A stretch of DNA of 40,194 nt, taken from an uncultured Candidatus Saccharibacteria bacterium (GTDB taxonomy: Bacteria; Patescibacteriota; UBA1384; XYA2-FULL-43-10; CAINNR01). The stretch lies in NCBI GenBank assembly GCA_964515615.1, contig CAZEVI010000001.1, positions 17,535-57,728 of the forward strand. The letters run 5' to 3'. The position numbers and the translations under genes are program-made. The notes below the pieces were generated by a model. The model searched no databases. It was given only the letters and a program-made list of their open reading frames with translations, and had not been told where the DNA came from. Position 1 is the stretch's first letter, and every line of letters starts with the position of its first letter. Shown here one piece after another: positions 1-7,359 of this stretch.

Positions 1-113
1 CATGTTTCTCCACGACAACATTACTTTTCGAATTCGAAGCCGAAGTTCCCATTGATGCACCAGGTGGGATTGGGCTCTGAATTCGAAAAGTAATGTTGTC
101 GTGGAGAAACATG
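1..113. repeat. Perfect 35-bp inverted repeat at the contig end (arms 1-35 and 79-113, 43-nt spacer); probable fold-back assembly or amplification artefact
   Basis: 1-35 catgtttctccacgacaacattacttttcgaattc is the exact reverse complement of 79-113. Arm 1-35 replaces the expected continuation of the GHMP kinase ORF right after its glycine-rich motif. Confidence 0.9.
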
Positions 114-439
114 TTCAGCGGGCAAAGTGAAAGACTGGCCAAAAGAAGATTTTTGTGATCAAAATTATCGTTAATGATGTCAGTGATTTTTGCAATCACA
201 TTGTAAGTCGGATCAGCGGCAATAATTGAAATTTCTCCGCAGTCAAGACCAGATTTTGCCGTTGTTGCAATAACATCAACCCCCAAAAATTCGCCACAAT
301 TGCCAAAAATCCGTGAATAAACTGATAAACTGGCCACCGAGCCGCATTGGGCAAACCAAGTATCAGTCCAGCCACCAAGATCGGCAATTCTAATTGCTGA
401 TGTTGTTTTAATTCCGACAAAGTTCATCCTCTCTGGCAT
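1..439 (-). CDS. GHMP-family sugar kinase, N-terminal part (3' end runs off the window; last ~12 codons lie in the fold-back repeat and are probably not native)
   Basis: Not in the ORF track because it has no stop. My translation from ATG 439 is MPERMNFVGIKTTSAIRIADLGGWTDTWF...ITFRIQSPIPPGASMGTSAS, with no stop down to position 1. It contains the GHMP motif 2 (PxGxxxGxSxx). GGAGG lies 6 nt upstream of the ATG (446-450). The 74-aa track ORF 196-420 sits in another frame of the same DNA. Confidence 0.7.
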   Translation of the reverse strand, partial: MPERMNFVGIKTTSAIRIADLGGWTDTWFAQCGSVASLSVYSRIFGNCGEFLGVDVIATTAKSGLDCGEISIIAADPTYNVIAKITDIINDNFDHKNLLLASLSLCPLNMFLHDNITFRIQSPIPPGASMGTSASNSKSNVVVEKH

Positions 440-465
440 TCTGGACCTCCTGATTTGATTTGAAC

Positions 466-489
466 ATCGTATATTATCGTATATTATCG
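466..489. repeat. Tandem direct repeat of a 10-nt unit (tcgtatatta x2 plus a partial third)
   Basis: 467-476 and 477-486 are identical, and 487-489 repeats the first 3 nt. It overlaps the predicted -10/TSS region of the GHMP kinase promoter. Confidence 0.8.
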
Positions 490-504
490 ATTTTATTTTG
501 TCAA
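476..504 (-). promoter_or_regulatory. Candidate sigma70-type promoter for the GHMP kinase gene
   Basis: On the minus strand, TTGACA (504-499), a 17-nt spacer, then TACGAT (481-476). This is ~37 nt upstream of ATG 439 and immediately downstream of the prs terminator. Confidence 0.35.
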
Positions 505-505
505 G

Positions 506-533
506 AAAAAAGCTCCGGCAAAACAGCCGAAGC
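506..533 (-). terminator. Rho-independent terminator downstream of prs
   Basis: The minus strand reads GCTTCGGC-tgtttt-GCCGGAGC followed by TTTTTT: an 8-bp stem with one G-U pair and a 6-nt loop. It starts 9 nt after the prs TAG stop. Confidence 0.6.
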
Positions 534-542
534 ACAGATAAG

Positions 543-1523
543 CTAATCCAAAAACAGAGTTGAAATTGACCCATCGTTTTCGATAGCTTTAATTGCTTCC
601 GCAATAAGCGGAGACATTTTCAGTATCTCGATCTTCAATCGAGATGTCTGTAATTTTTCTGGCGGATGATAAAGTGAATCGGTAATAATGACTCTGTTTA
701 TGCCGCTATCATCAAGTTTTTTTATTGCCTCGCCTGAAAAAAGACCGTGAGAAGCAAAAACCGATACAGATGCCGCACCGTTGTTCAGAAGTGCGTCCGC
801 AACACGACAAGTTGTTCCGCCGGTATCGATCATATCGTCGGGGACAAGAACATGAAAACCTCTGACATCGCCAACAACCTCAATCTGATTTACAACATTT
901 GGTTGAGGTCGACTTTTGCTACAAATCGCAATCGGAGTATCGAGACCAAGCAAATCGCGCCATTTTTTCGCTCGCGCAACACCGCCGACATCCGGAGAAG
1001 CAACCATGTCAACCAACACATTTTGTTTAATGTAAGGAACGGCAAATTGTGAGGCGTACAAATGTTCAACTCGCGTTCCAAAGAGAATAAATGTTGAAAG
1101 AATAGCACTGGAATGAACATCAAAAGTAACGACATGATTTATCGGAACTGGGCTACACAAAGATTGAATATGCAAAGCCGCAGAATCGGCTTCACGCCCA
1201 TTAACCCGATCTTGACGAGAGTAACCCAAATATGGGATTACTAATTTTGGCGTTGCTCCGGCACGAAATACTGCACCAGACAAAAATCTGATTTGATCGG
1301 CATTAAATGCTGGTTGACAAGTTGAACCAATAATGTAAGCTGATTTACCGCGGATTGATTCTGGTATTTTTACATGAATCTCTCCGTCGGCATAATCGCC
1401 ATCGGGTCGGGCATTAATCACTTTCACATTGAGTATTTCACCGATTCTGTACGCAAGATGGCTGCCAGAATCGGCAAAAAGAATCGTGATGTTTCCCGGA
1501 TCAAATTCGCTCAAGACGAACAC
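543..1523 (-). CDS. prs: Ribose-phosphate pyrophosphokinase (PRPP synthase)
   Basis: 326 aa with hallmark Prs motifs: IPYLGYSRQDR, and the PRPP-binding loop VLVPDDMIDTGGT. The track start is GTG 1523. TTG at 1514, 8 nt after GGGAGG, is an equally plausible start. Confidence 0.9.
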   Translation of the reverse strand: MFVLSEFDPGNITILFADSGSHLAYRIGEILNVKVINARPDGDYADGEIHVKIPESIRGKSAYIIGSTCQPAFNADQIRFLSGAVFRAGATPKLVIPYLGYSRQDRVNGREADSAALHIQSLCSPVPINHVVTFDVHSSAILSTFILFGTRVEHLYASQFAVPYIKQNVLVDMVASPDVGGVARAKKWRDLLGLDTPIAICSKSRPQPNVVNQIEVVGDVRGFHVLVPDDMIDTGGTTCRVADALLNNGAASVSVFASHGLFSGEAIKKLDDSGINRVIITDSLYHPPEKLQTSRLKIEILKMSPLIAEAIKAIENDGSISTLFLD

Positions 1524-1650
1524 CTCCCGTCAGTTTTCCACTACGTTTTTAGATTAACCAAAGTCACTAACAATGACAACTTCAAATTTTCCCAACTTAA
1601 AATTAGTAAATACTAAATTGAGAATTCGCTAAAAAACTTCCAACAAACTT

Positions 1651-2697
1651 TTAGAACATCTTTTTGAAAAAAGCCAAAATCCCCTGTTTCCAGGGAACGC
1701 GGTGAGAAACTCCGCTTCGGCCTTCGATATTTTTAATATTTTTTAGATACCATTTGAAATTTCTCAGGAGAGCATCTTTATTTGAATATTTTGGAGCAAA
1801 CCCAAGAATTTTTTTCGCTTTATCGATCGACACGAAAGAATCTTTCGATGCTGTTTCATAAACCCATTTGTAAAGCGGTGAAAGATGCAACATTTCTAAA
1901 AATCGTAGTGACCAGATCATCGGACCCGCCGGAAGCGCCTTAATCTTCTTGCCAAAACCGGCGAAATCCAAAACCGCCTGATAGTCCTCTTTCATTGTTG
2001 TAAATTCCTCAGCGCCAATGTTAAAAACATCATTAACTTTTCGCGACGGCAATGTTAAACAAAGAAAAATTGATTCGCAGAGGTCTTCGACATCTAAAAG
2101 CTGATAACGATTTTTTCCACTGCCGATCATTGGAAAACCGTGGCCATCTTTCGCCCAATCGTAGAAAAGAGCAAAAACACCTAACCTCTCTGGGCCAATG
2201 AATGATTTTGGCCGAATTATTGGAACGACCAAACCTTTTTTTCGAGCTCTTTGACACTCCTTTTCAGCGGCAATTTTGGCTTCACCGTACGGCCCGACAC
2301 CATCTAATTTGTCATCTTCGAAAAGCGGATGATGATCGGGGATGCCGTAAACCGCCGTCGATGATATTTGAACAACGCGCTTAATTTTATTTTTGATCGC
2401 TGCGTTTAAAACATTTCTGGTTCCTAAAATATCAGTTGAATAAATATCTTCTTTTGAATAAAGCGGCAAGGCGGCAGCGGTGTGGACAACCAGATCACAG
2501 CTAGCCATCGCCAATTCAAGATCATTGTTATTTCGAATATCGCCGTAGATCGCTTGAATTTTATATTTTTCCGGATAATCGAACGGTAAAATGTCAAAAG
2601 AAACAATTTCAAAACCGCGATCCGAAAGATAACGAATCAGATTAATGCCCAAAAATCCCGACCCTCCGGTAACAAAAACTTTTTGCTTCTTCTCCAT
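1651..2697 (-). CDS. NAD-dependent epimerase/dehydratase (extended SDR family)
   Basis: 348 aa. N-terminal Rossmann motif VFVTGGSGFLG and catalytic YGEAK (YxxxK). Substrate cannot be assigned from sequence. Confidence 0.85.
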   Translation of the reverse strand: MEKKQKVFVTGGSGFLGINLIRYLSDRGFEIVSFDILPFDYPEKYKIQAIYGDIRNNNDLELAMASCDLVVHTAAALPLYSKEDIYSTDILGTRNVLNAAIKNKIKRVVQISSTAVYGIPDHHPLFEDDKLDGVGPYGEAKIAAEKECQRARKKGLVVPIIRPKSFIGPERLGVFALFYDWAKDGHGFPMIGSGKNRYQLLDVEDLCESIFLCLTLPSRKVNDVFNIGAEEFTTMKEDYQAVLDFAGFGKKIKALPAGPMIWSLRFLEMLHLSPLYKWVYETASKDSFVSIDKAKKILGFAPKYSNKDALLRNFKWYLKNIKNIEGRSGVSHRVPWKQGILAFFKKMF

Positions 2698-2709
2698 TTT
2701 AGAATTCCT

Positions 2710-4320
2710 CTATTTTAATTTTTTAAGTATCAAACACCAAACCTGTATAAAAATGTTGGTTTTTTTGTCGACGTATTCGGTTAATTTTAATGATTTAACC
2801 AGTTCCGACTTGCTTTGAAAATCACCGATTATATTAATTACTCTTCCAAGTTCGGTTGACAGATGGGCATCAGCACCGGCAATCATCGCTTTATTATTTT
2901 TCTCCGCCAGACCACGAGCAAATTTATCTGTTGAAGAAAATAAATTCCGGCCGTTGAAAACTTCAACAATATCAATGTTATGAATAATTTTCTCCGCCGT
3001 TTCACAACTAACCGCCGACCGACGAATTTTATCACCCGGATGAGGCAAACAAACTATCCCTCCCTGTTCTCGAATTTGACGAATTGTTTCTCCGATCATT
3101 TGGCCCCTCTCAATCTTTCGATTTAGAAACAAACCGATAATTTCACCCTCAAGAGTTTTAATCTCCTCACCGATAATAACATTCGGATTGCCATTTGCCA
3201 ATTTTTTTATCTCTAAGGCACCGTAAATTTCGTTGTGATCGGTAACTGCTAACTGCTTAATCTTCTGCTGTCGGCAAAAATCAATAATTGTTTGATAATC
3301 AAGCCAACCATCATTTGACGCTTTGGTGTGCAAGTGGAAAAGAAATTTAATTTTACCTTTTGGCACTTTCTGAGTGTCAGTTTCAGTTTTCCGATCGTAG
3401 CGTTTTTCAGCCAATAGAAGGAAAATAAGCCCGATAATTACTGCAAACCAAAGTGTTACCACCCGAATTAAAATAGTTGCGAACGCTGCGGTTCCGCTCT
3501 CAATCGACAGCAGTTTCAAAAGTCCGGCAATTGTGCCATCAGTAACTCCAAGACCACCCGGAAGCATTGCCACCGCTCCCAAAATCGTCGAAAAGCAATA
3601 AACGAAAAATGCCGCAAAAACGCTAACTTTCAATTTTAAAATAACCAGAATAAAATAAAAATCAACCGCCTCGAAAGACCATGCAATCAATGCAACCAGT
3701 GTTGGAAAAATCAGCCTTTTTGGTTGTAAAAGTTCGTAGGATGTTTCATAGACTTCAATAATTCGCTCGGCATGAGGCGCCAGAAATTTTATTCTGCAAA
3801 GAAGATTAAAAAACTTCAATCCGATCGGTCGAATTAGAATTGCGGCAATGATAATTAAAATTAGCAGAAAAACAGCCCAAATTACTTTGCCACCGTAAGA
3901 AAACCCCCAGGAACCGACTCCGGCCAAAATTAGAAATGCGATTAAGTCCGAAAGCCGATCGGCGAAAACGATCGGCGCTGTTCTGGAAACAGGAGTACCA
4001 AAACCCTTTTTTAGGAAATAGGACTTGACTACCTCACCGAGTTTTCCCGGTGTAATTGTCAACGACAAACCGGAGATAAAAATGATAAACGAATCGACTG
4101 GTGGAATTTTGATTTTCAAAAGTTTCAAATAATACTGCCATTTTATAAAACGGATCAGATAGTTCAGAAAAACAATTAAAAGCAGTAGCGGCAAAAACAC
4201 CCAAGAGAAATGGGAAAATGCTCCGAAAAGCCCACTGGCACTCCCCCAAATGGCAAGAGCTAAATAGACCACCGCCGCCAAAACCAAACCATAAATTATT
4301 TTTTTAGAGATATTTTTCAT
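2710..4320 (-). CDS. Fusion protein: N-terminal lysyl-PG-synthase-TM/UPF0104 flippase-like polytopic domain plus C-terminal PHP-family phosphoesterase domain
   Basis: The N-terminal ~330 aa are strongly hydrophobic and carry LSLTITPGKLGEVVKSY and MLPGGLGVTDG motifs typical of the LPG_synthase_TM family. The C-terminal ~210 aa carry PHP metal-ligand motifs: FHLHTKASNDG, AVTDHNEIYG, LPHPGD, GADAH. I start at ATG 4320 because it overlaps the UbiA gene stop as ATGA (4317-4320). The track ORF extends to 4359. Confidence 0.75.
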   Translation of the reverse strand: MKNISKKIIYGLVLAAVVYLALAIWGSASGLFGAFSHFSWVFLPLLLLIVFLNYLIRFIKWQYYLKLLKIKIPPVDSFIIFISGLSLTITPGKLGEVVKSYFLKKGFGTPVSRTAPIVFADRLSDLIAFLILAGVGSWGFSYGGKVIWAVFLLILIIIAAILIRPIGLKFFNLLCRIKFLAPHAERIIEVYETSYELLQPKRLIFPTLVALIAWSFEAVDFYFILVILKLKVSVFAAFFVYCFSTILGAVAMLPGGLGVTDGTIAGLLKLLSIESGTAAFATILIRVVTLWFAVIIGLIFLLLAEKRYDRKTETDTQKVPKGKIKFLFHLHTKASNDGWLDYQTIIDFCRQQKIKQLAVTDHNEIYGALEIKKLANGNPNVIIGEEIKTLEGEIIGLFLNRKIERGQMIGETIRQIREQGGIVCLPHPGDKIRRSAVSCETAEKIIHNIDIVEVFNGRNLFSSTDKFARGLAEKNNKAMIAGADAHLSTELGRVINIIGDFQSKSELVKSLKLTEYVDKKTNIFIQVWCLILKKLK

Positions 4321-5186
4321 TGGGCAATAAAATAAATAATTAAAATACTTCCTAGCCAAAGAAGCATATCGATAATTAACGGAATGTCGTGAAAAAATAC
4401 TGCCACCGGATCTCCGCCTTCGCGCTTGTTGTAGAGCAAATGAAAATAACGGAAAATACCAAAAACCACCAACGGGGTCGTGTAAATTAGGTTGTCGGTT
4501 CGAAAGTTGGTTTGAGTTTGCGGATCAATCGTATAGAGCGAATAGGAGATGACCGAAACTCCGGCAGTCAGCACCAATATTTGGTTAATAAAACTTTCAG
4601 TGTAGTCGCTAATTGATTTTCGATGCCCAGTTTTATCAACCGTCAAAAGCTCCATCTCGTTTTTCCTTTTGCCAAAAGCCAAAAACAACGCAACAAAAAA
4701 AGTGCAAAGCAAAAGCCAATGTGTCGGGTTCAACGCCAAAGCTTCAGCGCCAACAAACACTCGCAGAACAAAACCGAAAGCAATTATCATTACATCAACT
4801 ATCGGCAAATTTTTCAAACCGAATGAATAAAACAGGTTAACAATAAAATATCCAATGCAGAGATAGAAAACAGTTGCCCCAAGATAGGTTGACACAGCAA
4901 AAGCGGCGGTTAAAACAATGATGAACTCCAAAAAAGCCGGCCAGGTTTTAATCTTCCCCGAAGCGATCGGTCGGAAACATTTTTTGGGGTGTAATCGGTC
5001 GCGCTTTTGATCGAAAATATCATTGATAATGTAAATTGAACTGGCAAAAAGCGAAAAAACACCGAAAGCCAAAAAAACGCGATAAAAACTTTCCAAATCA
5101 AATTTGAAGGCAAAAATCAGCGGAAAAAAGACTAAGATATTTTTCAACCAATGTTTCGGTCGGCAAAGCTGAATATAAGCTAACAT
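4317..5186 (-). CDS. UbiA-family prenyltransferase, decaprenyl-phosphate 5-phosphoribosyltransferase-like (polyprenyl-P + PRPP)
   Basis: 289 aa, polytopic. RPKHWLKN...YIINDIFDQKRDRLHPKKCFRPIASGKI matches the NDxxDxxxDxxHPxKxxRPxASG signature of the Rv3806c/NoeC subfamily rather than quinone or heme prenyltransferases. Confidence 0.75.
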   Translation of the reverse strand: MLAYIQLCRPKHWLKNILVFFPLIFAFKFDLESFYRVFLAFGVFSLFASSIYIINDIFDQKRDRLHPKKCFRPIASGKIKTWPAFLEFIIVLTAAFAVSTYLGATVFYLCIGYFIVNLFYSFGLKNLPIVDVMIIAFGFVLRVFVGAEALALNPTHWLLLCTFFVALFLAFGKRKNEMELLTVDKTGHRKSISDYTESFINQILVLTAGVSVISYSLYTIDPQTQTNFRTDNLIYTTPLVVFGIFRYFHLLYNKREGGDPVAVFFHDIPLIIDMLLWLGSILIIYFIAQ

Positions 5187-7345
5187 TTTTTCCTCTTTAT
5201 AATGCAGTAAATAAGATATATTAATGAAACGAAAATTGCGAGCCAGCTGATCAGACCACCATATTTGAGACTTTTTGGCTCAAATTTCATAATTATGGAG
5301 TGGCTACCTGCAGGAACCTCGATTGCCTTAAAAGTAAAATCAGCTCTTAGCAACTCCGTTTTTTTGCCATCGACATAAGCATTCCACCCAGGATACCAAT
5401 TATCAGAAATGAAAAGCAGGGTCGGCACATTTGTTTCAATTTTTGAGAAGATTATTATATCATTCGATTCATTTTCAATTTTAACGGCGTTTACATTAGA
5501 AGAAGATGTCATTCCATTACCATGAAGTAGCATAACCGGAGATTTTTCTAATATTATATAATCTGAACCGCTGAAATCGGGATTTGTCATCTGTTGATAG
5601 ATTTCTTGGTCATTGTCTAAAACTTTGTACAAATTCAAAGTAAAAGCCCGCGGTAGGGGTTGACCATCAATAGGCGCAGCCGCCAAACGATACAGCGCGT
5701 GATTTTTTTCCGCCATCTCCAAGTATATTTTATACCGGTAAATTGATGCGCCGCTAATATCAATTCCCGAATTGTTGTACGAAATCAAACTGAAATCGCG
5801 AGATATATAATTTGAATTGGCACTAAACTTTTTCCAATCTAGATTACTCATCCTCGGGCTATTTTTATCACCATTAATTTTTATGCATGAGAATAATGGC
5901 CATTGGCATTTATTAATTTCTCCGAATTGATCGAGAGAATATGAAGCAAGATGATAATTAAAATTAACGTTGTAAACCCTAAACAAATCAAAAACCAGAA
6001 TCAAGGAAACAAGAATCACAAATGTTTTTTGCGTTAAATAATGGTTGACAAAACCAAAAAGCATAACGACAAAAATCGAGAATATTAGGATTGTTGCCGA
6101 AAAGTCGTCAAATATTCCGGATTGGCCAGTGGTGGAAACCAAAAATACGATTGCTAAAAAACCTAAAATTAAATAAATCATTTTAATTATTGCATAATCT
6201 CTTTTTTTAAATACAAAATTCTGGATTGAACTGCATACAAGAAATATAGTCGGGAGGTAGAGAAATTGTATAATACGGCTATAAAATCTTAAATTGTTTA
6301 ATATCGGCAGTTGGGTAATCAATACCTGAGAAAAAGAATCAACGAGCGCAAAAAGAATCATTGAAACAGATAATAAAAGATACCAAAACGAATATTTATC
6401 ACGAGTAATTATTGACCTAGTGATAAAAAAAATAATAATTGGGCCAAAATATAAGTAGTCCCACAAATGTTCATATGCGTTGCGGGAAAAAAACAACACT
6501 CCGAATATATCGTCGTATCGCAGAGACCAAAACTTTAAGTAGTCGGAATTTACAAAGTGGCTTCTAACCATTAATTGACTGAATTCAAGCGAAGGTAACA
6601 ATATAATTGCCGAATACAAGCCTGTCCAAAAAACTAATTTTATCCAAGGAAAAAATAAATTTTGAGACGAGTCGCCCTTTTTAACAGAAATTGCGTAGCC
6701 CCAAGGGAGCAAAAAAATTAAGGCGTATATAGCTCCTTGGGGAAAAGTCGAGAATTGTTGAAAAATAACAAAGGCACAAAGGAATAAAAAGATTGATTTT
6801 TTCTGACAAAGATATTTCTCGTAAAATAACATTGAAAGTGGCACCAAAGCCGTAGCCTGTGTAACGGTTACCCATGGGTTAGCAGACCACCCACAAAACA
6901 TAAATAACATCCCGCCGAATATCGACAAAGTAATAGACAATTTTCTCCAGCGCAAATAAAGATAAGTTGAAAATCCAGCCAAAGCCAAATGTACCAGATA
7001 AAATAACTGGTAAATATTAATACTAATTAAATCGTGTCCTCTAATAACTTTTAGCAGATAGTTTGGCAAATAATAATTCCCAACTTGCAGTAAGTTTGGA
7101 CTACCGGAACTGGCAAAGAAGTTCCAATGTGGAATATGCAATGATTTAAAAGAAAAATTCGATAGCAAGAAGTTAATATCCGGCAGATACATATGCACCA
7201 TATCTTCAGAAATATACTTTTTCGCAAAATCACTCACCAAAAATAAACTGTAGTTGCTGACCATAGAAAGCAAAACAAAAAACATAGCTACGGTTACAGT
7301 AACAGCCAATCTCGATTTGAAAATTTTAATAAACTTTATTACCAT
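5180..7345 (-). CDS. YfhO-family GT-C membrane glycosyltransferase
   Basis: 721 aa with a polytopic N-terminal two thirds. The C-terminal DNWYPGWNAYVDGKKTELLRADFTFKAIEVPAGSHSIIMKFEPKSLKYGGLIS plus a terminal TM helix is the characteristic YfhO C-terminus. Confidence 0.7.
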   Translation of the reverse strand: MVIKFIKIFKSRLAVTVTVAMFFVLLSMVSNYSLFLVSDFAKKYISEDMVHMYLPDINFLLSNFSFKSLHIPHWNFFASSGSPNLLQVGNYYLPNYLLKVIRGHDLISINIYQLFYLVHLALAGFSTYLYLRWRKLSITLSIFGGMLFMFCGWSANPWVTVTQATALVPLSMLFYEKYLCQKKSIFLFLCAFVIFQQFSTFPQGAIYALIFLLPWGYAISVKKGDSSQNLFFPWIKLVFWTGLYSAIILLPSLEFSQLMVRSHFVNSDYLKFWSLRYDDIFGVLFFSRNAYEHLWDYLYFGPIIIFFITRSIITRDKYSFWYLLLSVSMILFALVDSFSQVLITQLPILNNLRFYSRIIQFLYLPTIFLVCSSIQNFVFKKRDYAIIKMIYLILGFLAIVFLVSTTGQSGIFDDFSATILIFSIFVVMLFGFVNHYLTQKTFVILVSLILVFDLFRVYNVNFNYHLASYSLDQFGEINKCQWPLFSCIKINGDKNSPRMSNLDWKKFSANSNYISRDFSLISYNNSGIDISGASIYRYKIYLEMAEKNHALYRLAAAPIDGQPLPRAFTLNLYKVLDNDQEIYQQMTNPDFSGSDYIILEKSPVMLLHGNGMTSSSNVNAVKIENESNDIIIFSKIETNVPTLLFISDNWYPGWNAYVDGKKTELLRADFTFKAIEVPAGSHSIIMKFEPKSLKYGGLISWLAIFVSLIYLIYCIIKRKKC

Positions 7346-7359
7346 CGTAATGTTATTTT

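Noticed and set aside
196-420. 74-aa minus-strand ORF from the track, which looks like a small hydrophobic protein
   Set aside because: It lies entirely inside the longer open frame 439->1, in another frame. That longer frame has a strong SD and GHMP kinase motifs, so this one is a shadow ORF.
747-1135. Short ORFs on either strand nested inside larger genes. Examples: 747-1052, 890-1135, 2033-2257, 4034-4249, 8771-9202, 15686-16012, 23184-23480, 24223-24576, 25900-26301, 30876-31346, 35649-36005, 39915-40142.
   Set aside because: All are fully contained in, or antisense to, long ORFs with clear family motifs. They have no independent signals. They are typical shadow ORFs.
1524-1650. Possible internal promoter upstream of prs (minus-strand TTGTCA, 17 nt, TAATCT at 1579-1551)
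   Set aside because: It is a plausible hexamer match in very AT-rich DNA with no supporting terminator upstream. It is too weak to list as a feature.
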